This document shows positions 6,670-13,985 of a stretch of DNA of 30,828 bases, piece after piece (position 1 is the first letter of the stretch; each line of letters begins with the position of its first letter). The notes under the pieces were generated by a model. It searched no databases. It was not told where the DNA came from and worked only from the letters and a program-made list of their open reading frames with translations. Source of the stretch: Gaiellaceae bacterium. Lineage in GTDB: Bacteria > Actinomycetota > Thermoleophilia > Gaiellales > Gaiellaceae. Location of the stretch: contig DASQCM010000209.1 of the NCBI GenBank assembly GCA_035634675.1, positions 1 through 30,828 on the forward strand, written 5' to 3'. The position numbers were made by a program, and so were the translations under genes.

Positions 6670-7514
6670 GCGATGCCCCGCGCGTTCGACGCCGTCTGGT
6701 AGAGGACGCTTTTGAGCTGGAACGGCGTCAGGTCGGGGTGCTTGCCGAGGACGAGCGCGCAGATCGCCGCGATGTGCGGCGTCGCGAAGCTGTTGCCCGT
6801 GCAGCGCAGCGTCCCGCCGTCTAGCCACGCAACGTCGAGGTCGAGGCCGCGCCCGAAGAACTCCACCGGCGGCGAGGGGTTGTAGTAGAAGGTCAGCGGG
6901 TCGGCCTCCTCGTGGCTGCCGACGGAGATGACGCTCGCGAAACGCCACGGGAAGCTCTCGACGGGCATGTTGTGGGCCGAGGCGACGAGGAGCACGCGCC
7001 GGAAGTAGGCGTGATCGGCGAGCTCGTGCAGCCGTTCGACGTACTTCGTCCGCGTCGTCGACAGGCTCATGTTCACGATCTGGAAACCCTGCTCGATCGC
7101 CCAGCCGAGCCCGTGCAGCATGATCTCGCCGCCGCCCGTGTAGCCGGCGCCGAGGACGCGGACGCTCGTCAGCTCGGCATCCGGCGCGACCGAGCGGATG
7201 ACTCCCGCGCAGGCCGTCCCGTGCCCGCAGAGGTCACCCTCGTCGTCGTCGACGACCTGGAGCTCCCCATCGTCGTCGCGCACGACGGCGACCGAGCGTT
7301 CGACCTTGCCGACGAGCGGATGGTCGAACTCGACGCCGCTGTCGAGGATGCAGACGCGCACGCCTGCGCCGGTGGAGCCGTCCCACGCCCACTCCCGCGT
7401 CACCTGCTCGGGTAGCGTCACGGGCACGCGAATCCGGTCGACGGCCTCCGCGGGCAGGCTCCAGGCCGGAAGCTCCTCCTCTTCCTCGTACTCGTGCAGT
7501 TCGACCGCGTTCAT
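6666..7514 (-). CDS. S8 (subtilisin-family) serine peptidase without signal peptide, 282 aa
   Basis: Catalytic triad motifs ILDSG (Asp), GHGTACAG (His), TGNSFATP (Ser); oxyanion segment SAHN; acidic non-hydrophobic N-terminus. Confidence 0.92.
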   Translation of the reverse strand: MNAVELHEYEEEEELPAWSLPAEAVDRIRVPVTLPEQVTREWAWDGSTGAGVRVCILDSGVEFDHPLVGKVERSVAVVRDDDGELQVVDDDEGDLCGHGTACAGVIRSVAPDAELTSVRVLGAGYTGGGEIMLHGLGWAIEQGFQIVNMSLSTTRTKYVERLHELADHAYFRRVLLVASAHNMPVESFPWRFASVISVGSHEEADPLTFYYNPSPPVEFFGRGLDLDVAWLDGGTLRCTGNSFATPHIAAICALVLGKHPDLTPFQLKSVLYQTASNARGIA

Positions 7515-7536
7515 CGCGGGCCGATCATCGCACAGC

Positions 7537-8208
7537 TCAGCCTGAAATCAGCACCGGCGTTCCTAGCGGCACCGTCCGCATCAGGTAGCGGACGTCGGAC
7601 TCGTCCATGTGCAGGCAGCCGGCGGAGACGGCCGAGCCCTGCCCCACGCCGGCGTGGATCGCGACGTAATAGGTGATGTGCGTGTTCCACCCTGCGGGCA
7701 GCCGCGGCTGGCGGGCCGTCAGGACGAGGATGCGCGGACCGAGCGCCGGGCCGAAGGGCCCCGTGAGCTTCTCCGCGATCGCGAAGCGACCGGTCGGAGT
7801 CGGGGAGCCAGGCGCGCCGATCGCCACGGGGATCGTCCGCACGATCCTCCCGCCTCGCAGGACGTCCAGCTGACGCCGGAAGAGGGAGGCGCGGAGCGTC
7901 CAGCGGACCGGGTGGACGCCGACGTCGCGCCCGAACTTCGCCCAGGCGAAGTGTCCGTTCGGCAGGGCCTCCGCGGTGACCTGGACCCAGTGGCCGCGGA
8001 CGCCGACGACCCCGAGGACGAGCGGGCCGCCGAGCGGGCCGCGGGGCCCGACGCGCATGAGCGGCTTCCCGCCCGGCCGGGTGCGGAGCACCAGGGTCTG
8101 GTGCAGCGGCCTCGCGGCGAGAGCCGCCGTCGCCCCGTTGGGCGGCGCTCCGATATGCGAGGCAGCCGCGAGCGCGGCGGCTAGGTATGGGATCAGCCCG
8201 TGAGCCAT
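7537..8208 (-). CDS. L,D-transpeptidase (YkuD) family protein, 223 aa
   Basis: IPVAIGAPGSPTPTGRFAI and AIHAG...SAGCLHM...VPLGTPV (catalytic His/Cys); hydrophobic N-terminus. Confidence 0.85.
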   Translation of the reverse strand: MAHGLIPYLAAALAAASHIGAPPNGATAALAARPLHQTLVLRTRPGGKPLMRVGPRGPLGGPLVLGVVGVRGHWVQVTAEALPNGHFAWAKFGRDVGVHPVRWTLRASLFRRQLDVLRGGRIVRTIPVAIGAPGSPTPTGRFAIAEKLTGPFGPALGPRILVLTARQPRLPAGWNTHITYYVAIHAGVGQGSAVSAGCLHMDESDVRYLMRTVPLGTPVLISG

Positions 8209-8228
8209 CTGCCTGTAATTGTGCCGCA

Positions 8229-8924
8229 GTGCGTGTCCGCGACCTGAACTGGCTCCAGCTCGAGGAGTATCTGCGCAGCGACGACCGAATCGTGCTCCCG
8301 ATCGGCTCGACCGAGCAGCACGCCTACCTTTCGCTCGAGACCGACAACATCCTCGCCGAGCGCGTCGCCGTGGAGGCCGCGGAGCCGCTCGGCATCCCGG
8401 TCCTACCGGTGCTCGCCTATGGCCTCACGCCGAGCTTCGGCGCCTATCCCGGCTCGCCGACACTCCGCGTACGGACCCTCGTCGCTGTCGTGCAGGACCT
8501 GCTCGACGCGCTTCAGTCGCAGGGCTTCCGACGGATCCTGATAGTGAACGGGCACGGCGGCAACGTGCCCGCGGACGCCGCCCGGCGCGAATGGGGCGCT
8601 GCGCATCCCGAGGCGGAGGTGCTGTTCCACAACTGGTGGCTCGGCCCCGCCGTCTGGTCGCTCGTGCAGGAGCTCGACCCGGGCGCGAGCCATGCCTCGT
8701 GGATGGAGAACTTCCCCTGGACGCGCCTGCCCGGAGTCGAGCTCCCGAAAGAGAGAAAGGAGCCGCTCGCGCAACCGCTACCCGCAGTGCCGGCCACGAT
8801 GCGCGAGGTGGCGGGCGACGGCCAGTACGGAGGCTTCTACGAGCTGCCGGACGAGGACGTCCTGCGGGTCTGGGCCGCCGGCGTCGAGGAGACACGCGCA
8901 CTCCTCGACCACGGCTGGCGCTGA
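8229..8924 (+). CDS. Creatininase/creatinine amidohydrolase family protein, about 231 aa
   Basis: LPIGSTEQH, TD, NGHGGN and HASWME metal-ligand motifs; GTG start at 8229 inferred (MRVRDLNW). Confidence 0.85.
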   Translation: MRVRDLNWLQLEEYLRSDDRIVLPIGSTEQHAYLSLETDNILAERVAVEAAEPLGIPVLPVLAYGLTPSFGAYPGSPTLRVRTLVAVVQDLLDALQSQGFRRILIVNGHGGNVPADAARREWGAAHPEAEVLFHNWWLGPAVWSLVQELDPGASHASWMENFPWTRLPGVELPKERKEPLAQPLPAVPATMREVAGDGQYGGFYELPDEDVLRVWAAGVEETRALLDHGWR

Positions 8925-8981
8925 ACACGCCGGCTGTGGAAGGATTGCGCCCTCAAGGTCTTTCGAGGGAAGGGGGAAGTA

Positions 8982-10166
8982 ATGCGTCTCGGGCTCCTGT
9001 GTGCTCTCGTTCTCGCTGTGGCAGCCACACTCGCGGGCGCGGCCGCTGCGCCGCGCGCCCATGCCGCGGCCGGCGGCCAGTCGCTCTGCATCGGCCACCA
9101 CCCGGAGGAATACATCTGGTACACGGGAAGTTGCACCGGCCACGACGAGCCCGAGATAGATCCGCTCTCGAACGCTCCCGGCTCGGCCCAGGACCTGACC
9201 TGGACGCTCGTCCTGCCGACGAACGAGGCCGGAACGACCAAGGCTGAGGTCGGCCAGGTCGACTCGGTGGGGCCGACCTTCTGGATCGGCGGCACCGTCA
9301 CCGACCCGCTCAGCCTCTTCGGCCAGGCCTTCCTCGAGCTCCAGTTCTATCCGAACAGCCTCGTCACGAACTGCGCCTCGGGCGGCGCCTACAACGTGGT
9401 CTACTCGGCAAATACGTATACCGCCTGCTCTCCGGTCTGGATGGTCTCCCAGAACGGCAACTCGGAGTCGACGGCGTTCAACGCCATGCTCACCGACAGC
9501 GCGACCGGCGGCCCGCTCGTCATGCACGCCGGTGACACGATCACCGACCGCCAGTACGTGACCGCGGCAAGGGACGGGATGCACATCACCGTCACCGACG
9601 TCACGACCGGCCACGCGGGGACGATCGTCCTCAACAGCAAGCAGGCCGGGCCGCTGATGCCGGGCTACAGCGTCCAGAAGCTCGGCAACTCGCTCGGCTG
9701 GGGCCTCGTGCACGACGCCCCGAACTCGCTCGTCTGGGAGATCGGCCACACCGGCAACTACACCTCCCCGGCCGGCAAGTACTGCATCCCCGGCAGCGCG
9801 ACCAAGCCGCCCTGCTACTCGTTCGACGTCCCGAAGTGGCTGACGTTCAAGCCGCTCCAGATCAAGGGCGTCACGTTCGGCGACGGCAGCGCGGCGAAGT
9901 CGTGGGCGGCCGTCTCGGATACCGGCGGCGAGGCCGAGATCTTCGGCAACTCGTTCGTCGGCCCGACGACCTGCCCCGGCTACGGCGGGCCGTTCTGCAC
10001 CTATCCGTGGTTCGCCTTCAACGGGACGCTGAATGCCTTCACGTATGGCGGGAACTATCCCGGCACCACGAAGGACTTCGGCCAGGCGCTGCAGTTCCAG
10101 CAGGACGAAAACTGCGCAAGCCCGGCGGACGGGTCTCCGCAGTACTGCGCCACCGTCCTGAAGTAG
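8982..10166 (+). CDS. Secreted Cys-rich hypothetical protein, 394 aa
   Basis: Sec-type signal (MRLGLLCALVLAVAATLAGAAAAPRAHA), RBS GGGGAAG, 10 Cys in the mature region, beta-rich G/T/S/N/Y composition. Confidence 0.8.
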   Translation: MRLGLLCALVLAVAATLAGAAAAPRAHAAAGGQSLCIGHHPEEYIWYTGSCTGHDEPEIDPLSNAPGSAQDLTWTLVLPTNEAGTTKAEVGQVDSVGPTFWIGGTVTDPLSLFGQAFLELQFYPNSLVTNCASGGAYNVVYSANTYTACSPVWMVSQNGNSESTAFNAMLTDSATGGPLVMHAGDTITDRQYVTAARDGMHITVTDVTTGHAGTIVLNSKQAGPLMPGYSVQKLGNSLGWGLVHDAPNSLVWEIGHTGNYTSPAGKYCIPGSATKPPCYSFDVPKWLTFKPLQIKGVTFGDGSAAKSWAAVSDTGGEAEIFGNSFVGPTTCPGYGGPFCTYPWFAFNGTLNAFTYGGNYPGTTKDFGQALQFQQDENCASPADGSPQYCATVLK

Positions 10167-10174
10167 GCGAGGCC

Positions 10175-11272
10175 TCAGTGGGCGCGTAACCAGCTCGCGA
10201 GGTTGCGCGCCTGCTGAGCCGCGTTCGCACCGACGGCCGGTGGGGCGACGGCGTGCGGCCCCGAGTTCGGTCGCGGCGCATTCCCTCCGCCGGACAGCGC
10301 AAGGGCGGCCACCAGACCCGCGAGCACAGCGGCAGCAAGTGCTCCCGCGGCTGCAAGGCGCCGCGGCGTCCAGCGCCTAGTCGCCGTCCTGGAGGACGGC
10401 GCCAGGATCTCGGTCGCGCGCCGCGACGGATCGGCCGGCAGGCTCAGCGTCTCGGCCTCCGTCGCGACCGGCGCGAGGCGCTGCGCCAGCGCAGCGGCCG
10501 ACGGCGGCCGGTCCTCCGGCCGAACGGCGAGGCACGCCGTCACCGCATCGACGAGCTCGGGCGGGGCCGAGCGGACACGTCCGGCGAAGTCGGGCAGGTC
10601 GAAGGCACCGCCGGCGCCCAGATCGGCCAGAGACGTGGCCGTTCGGGCCGGCTCGCCCGTCAGCAGCTCGTAGAGCACCGCGCCGACGGCGTAGATGTCC
10701 GCGGCAGCGGTGACCTGCTCGCCGCGCGCCTGCTCCGGCGCCAGATAGCCGGCCGTGCCAAGGACGGTGCCGACGAGCGTGACGCGAGTCCCCTCGTGGC
10801 CGACCGCGATGCCGAAGTCCCCGAGCTTGAGGACTCCGTCCGACCCGAGGAGGAGGTTCTGCGGCTTGACGTCCCGATGCACGAGACCCGCGGCGTGCGC
10901 TGCCGCGAGCCCTGCGCACATCTGCAGCCCGAGCTTGGCCACCTCTGGCGCCGGCCGCGCGCCGCGACGCGCTACGAGGTCCGCGAGCGTTCCGCCCTCG
11001 ACGTACTCCATCGCGATGAAGGGACGGCCGCCGTCCTCGCCCACGTCGAAGACGCGCACGACGTTGGGGTGCGAGAGCCTCGCGGCCAGTCGCGCCTCCC
11101 GGAGAAAGCGGCGCCGCAGCTCCTCGTCCCGCGCGAAGTTCTCGGCGAGCCGCTTGAGCGCCACCGGCCGGTCGAGCTCGACGTCGTGCGTGAGCTCGAC
11201 CGTCGCCATCGCTCCGTGGCCGAGCGGCCGGACGAGCTCGTACCGCTCCGCAAAGCGCTGAGCGGCGCTCAC
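10175..11272 (-). CDS. Hanks-type Ser/Thr protein kinase with C-terminal TM helix, about 365 aa
   Basis: GHGAMATV, VALK, HRDVKPQN, DFG, GTAGYLAPE, DIYAVG; TM segment AAAGALAAAVLAGLVAALAL; GTG 11272 overlaps the upstream TGA. Confidence 0.92.
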   Translation of the reverse strand: MSAAQRFAERYELVRPLGHGAMATVELTHDVELDRPVALKRLAENFARDEELRRRFLREARLAARLSHPNVVRVFDVGEDGGRPFIAMEYVEGGTLADLVARRGARPAPEVAKLGLQMCAGLAAAHAAGLVHRDVKPQNLLLGSDGVLKLGDFGIAVGHEGTRVTLVGTVLGTAGYLAPEQARGEQVTAAADIYAVGAVLYELLTGEPARTATSLADLGAGGAFDLPDFAGRVRSAPPELVDAVTACLAVRPEDRPPSAAALAQRLAPVATEAETLSLPADPSRRATEILAPSSRTATRRWTPRRLAAAGALAAAVLAGLVAALALSGGGNAPRPNSGPHAVAPPAVGANAAQQARNLASWLRAH

Positions 11273-11667
11273 TTGTCCTTCCCATGGTGGTCGTGGTCGT
11301 GCCCGTGCGCATGGTCGTCGTGCGGCTTGGGCGGCGCCTGCGGCGGCTTGGCCTGCACCGCTACCGGCTGCGGCGTGCACGTGATCCGATCTGCGAGCGA
11401 GTTGACGCCGGTGACGAGCGGCCCTTGCAGTCGTGCTGGAACCCTGGCCTTCTTCCCAAGGATCTCGTCCCGAAGAGTGGATGCGAGGCGCTGCGCGCGG
11501 CAGCCCTGCCCGTGGGCGGCGGCACTCGCGATCGACGACGCCTGCGCAGCCCACTGCTCCGCGAGCGCGGGCGGCAGCCCCCGTGCGGCGGTCGTCTCCG
11601 GACGCGCGGAGCCGCCACAGCCGACGGCTGCGAGCACCACGAACGTGACCGCGATGAGCCTCAACAC
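11269..11667 (-). CDS. Lipoprotein with His-rich C-terminal tail, 132 aa
   Basis: Signal peptide with lipobox LAAVG-C; ends KPHDDHAHGHDHDHHGKDK; RBS GGGGAAGG; translationally coupled to the kinase. Confidence 0.75.
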   Translation of the reverse strand: MLRLIAVTFVVLAAVGCGGSARPETTAARGLPPALAEQWAAQASSIASAAAHGQGCRAQRLASTLRDEILGKKARVPARLQGPLVTGVNSLADRITCTPQPVAVQAKPPQAPPKPHDDHAHGHDHDHHGKDK

Positions 11668-11738
11668 CTTCCCCTTGTACCCGTCATCGCCTTGCCCGAT
11701 CCTTCCTTTCAGGGTCCCGAACCGTTAAAGTCTTGTTA

Positions 11739-11933
11739 ATGCCGATGTTGCATGGCTGTGGGTTCCCCGGTTGCTCGACCTTTACGTTGAGCACCTACTG
11801 CGTCGAGCACGAGCTCCTCGTGCGCGCCGTCAAAGAGTCCGAGCGGACGCACGGTCTGGCCGATGACCGGCCTGAGGACGCTCCCTTGACGGCGGCGACG
11901 CGGCACGAAGCGCAGGCTCCGGCCGCGCTCTAG
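11739..11933 (+). CDS. Small protein (about 64 aa) with C-x4-C-x8-C-x2-H putative zinc motif
   Basis: MPMLHGCGFPGCSTFTLSTYCVEHE...; fills the gap between flanking genes; exact start (11733/11739/11745) uncertain. Confidence 0.55.
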   Translation: MPMLHGCGFPGCSTFTLSTYCVEHELLVRAVKESERTHGLADDRPEDAPLTAATRHEAQAPAAL

Positions 11934-11978
11934 CTCGCCGCAGAGACGGCATTTCGCGCTGGTACTCTCGGCGGGGTC

Positions 11979-12830
11979 ATGCGCGTCCTTCCGTCCTCGC
12001 CCCGCGCCCGGCGTCGCTTCTTTCGGCTCGGGGTCGTCGTCCTCGTCGTGGCTGCGATCGCGGGGGCCGCGGTGTTCATCCGGAGCCCGAAGCAGCCGCC
12101 CCGGGCGCCGGCGAAGAACGCGCCGCCCGCCCAGGTGGTGAAGCAGAGCAAGCACGTCTCTCCTGCCGACCGGCGCGCGATCGACCGGACTCTCGACCGG
12201 TTCATTCCGGCGGCGCTCGACGACAGCTCGCCTGCGACCGCCTGGCGCCTCGCAGGCCCGGATCTCAAGGGAGGGACGACGGAGAGCCAGTGGCGCCACG
12301 GCACCAGCCCGATTCCGTTCTACCAGCCACGTGGCAAGACCTTCCACAACTGGACGACCATCGACGCGGGCCCCACTTACGTCGACTTCAACCTCCTCGT
12401 CCACCCGCGCAAGGGGGCCAAGACGTCGGCGTCCTACGTGTTCGCGGGCTCGATGGTGAAGCGCGGGGGCCGCTGGCTCGTGAACGGGCTGTACACGACT
12501 GCGATCTTCGCCAAACCGACCAAGACCGGCCAGCATGAGGTCGGGCCCGCGGATTTCGGCGCCGGGCCCGCAGCTAGCAGCAACGAGGCGCCGCCGCCGC
12601 AGACGAGCGGAGGCAACGTGCTGGGACAGACCTGGCTGCTCGCCGCGGGAGGCGTCGTCCTGCTCGCGCTTCTCTTCCCGCTCGGCCTCGGCGTCGCTTC
12701 GGTCGTGAGGGAGCGCCGGAGCCGCAAGCGCTACGCGCAATCGGTGACACGGGAGCTGCCGCCGCTGCCGCGTAGCTATGGGACGTCACAGCCTCCCGGC
12801 GGCGCCCCGATGGGTGGCCAACAGCACTAA
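11979..12830 (+). CDS. Membrane-anchored hypothetical protein (N- and C-terminal TM), paralog of 12861..13436, 283 aa
   Basis: TM GVVVLVVAAIAGAAVFI; soluble domain ending KRGGRWLVNG; second TM WLLAAGGVVLLALLFPLGLGV. Confidence 0.75.
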   Translation: MRVLPSSPRARRRFFRLGVVVLVVAAIAGAAVFIRSPKQPPRAPAKNAPPAQVVKQSKHVSPADRRAIDRTLDRFIPAALDDSSPATAWRLAGPDLKGGTTESQWRHGTSPIPFYQPRGKTFHNWTTIDAGPTYVDFNLLVHPRKGAKTSASYVFAGSMVKRGGRWLVNGLYTTAIFAKPTKTGQHEVGPADFGAGPAASSNEAPPPQTSGGNVLGQTWLLAAGGVVLLALLFPLGLGVASVVRERRSRKRYAQSVTRELPPLPRSYGTSQPPGGAPMGGQQH

Positions 12831-12860
12831 CTTTCCTTTGGTACGTTGGTCTAAGTTCTC

Positions 12861-13436
12861 ATGGACTCTTCCTCGAGCTCGCCCTCAGGCGGCATCCTTT
12901 CTTCGCCCCGCGCCCAGCGCCGCTTGCTGTTCCTCAGCGGCGGAATCCTTGCCGTGGGGCTCATCGTCTTTTTCGTGACCTACTTCCACGGGTCGAGCGG
13001 GTACAACTCGCCGATCTCGAACAAGCCCGCGCAGAGCGCGCCGAAGCAGGTCAAGGCGGCACCGGACCCGGCCGCCTTCAAGGTGGCGCGGAAGTTCATC
13101 GAGACAGCGCCTCTGCGGAAGAACCTCGATGTCGCGTACCCACTGGTCAACGCAGAGATCAAGGGGACGCAGACTCGGAAGCAGTGGGACAAGGGCAACA
13201 TCGCGGTCCTGCCCTACCCGGCGGGCAACGCGAAGACAACAGGGTTTCAGGTGCTGTGGTCGTACAAGACGCAGATGATGCTGGTCGTCGACCTCGTGGC
13301 GCGGAGGGGTACGGACGTCCGGCCTCACCTCCCCTTCTTCCTCGGTCTCAAGCGCGCCGGCAACAAGCCGAACGGTCGCTGGCTCGTGAATTACTGGGAA
13401 GCCGACTGGGCCCCGCCCGTCCCGACGAACCAGTAA
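12861..13436 (+). CDS. Membrane-anchored hypothetical protein, possibly NTF2-like, 191 aa
   Basis: TM LLFLSGGILAVGLIVFFV; shares SSPRAxRR, KGxxTxxQW and GRWLVN motifs with the upstream gene. Confidence 0.75.
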   Translation: MDSSSSSPSGGILSSPRAQRRLLFLSGGILAVGLIVFFVTYFHGSSGYNSPISNKPAQSAPKQVKAAPDPAAFKVARKFIETAPLRKNLDVAYPLVNAEIKGTQTRKQWDKGNIAVLPYPAGNAKTTGFQVLWSYKTQMMLVVDLVARRGTDVRPHLPFFLGLKRAGNKPNGRWLVNYWEADWAPPVPTNQ

Positions 13437-13460
13437 GTAGCTAGGAGGGTCTCGCGAAGT

Positions 13461-13492
13461 TGAAGCCGCGCGTCTTTGGCGCGCAGGTTTCA
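13461..13492. terminator. Imperfect hairpin between convergent genes
   Basis: TGAAGCC-GCGCG-TC-ttt-GG-CGCGC-a-GGTTTCA; needs G-U pairs and one bulge. Confidence 0.35.
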
Positions 13493-13502
13493 GGCCGTGA
13501 GA

Positions 13503-13955
13503 TCAGACCGGGCGAACAAGCCCGCGGCGGGGGCCGTCGGGCGTGGGACGCTCGAAGGCGACGTGCCGGACGCCGAGGTTCTGGTCGATGTTCGGATGAA
13601 CCGCAGCGCCGGTTGGCCAGAGCCCGGACGCCGCTGAGGTTGCGCCGACTTCGCCCTCGAGCGACACGGCCGACACGGCGACGAGCACAGCCGCTGCCGC
13701 AGCCGCTGTGACGGCTGCAACCCGGGCCGCGAAGCGCGTGGCGGACGCAGGCCGGCGCGTGAGCCAGAAGTAGGGTGCGGGTTCGAGCGGCGCCGAACGG
13801 AGCACCTCTGTCGAGACGCGCGCACGCGCAGCAAAGGCCGCGCACGCAGCGCAACGCACGAGGTGCCGTTCGAGCATCAGCGTCTCGTGCGCCGACAGCT
13901 CGTCGTCGAGCTGAAGCGAGAGACGCTCCCGCGCCTGGTCGCAATTGGTCCTCAC
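13503..13955 (-). CDS. zf-HC2 (ZAS) anti-sigma-like membrane protein, 150 aa
   Basis: CDQARERLSLQLDDEL...HLVRCAAC (HxxxCxxC) followed by a TM segment VAAVTAAAAAAVLVAV. Confidence 0.82.
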   Translation of the reverse strand: MRTNCDQARERLSLQLDDELSAHETLMLERHLVRCAACAAFAARARVSTEVLRSAPLEPAPYFWLTRRPASATRFAARVAAVTAAAAAAVLVAVSAVSLEGEVGATSAASGLWPTGAAVHPNIDQNLGVRHVAFERPTPDGPRRGLVRPV

Positions 13956-13985
13956 ATCAGCTTTGACGCCGATAGGTGGTCAGAG

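Noticed and set aside
8938-8962. GGAAGG...GGTCTT upstream of the secreted protein as a fourth ECF promoter
   Set aside because: The spacer is 13 nt rather than 16, and the -10 does not match CGTC.
11678-11706. GGAAGG (minus strand) upstream of the lipoprotein as an ECF promoter
   Set aside because: At 16-17 nt spacing the -10 reads ACGGGT/CGGGTA, not CGTC; too weak to call.
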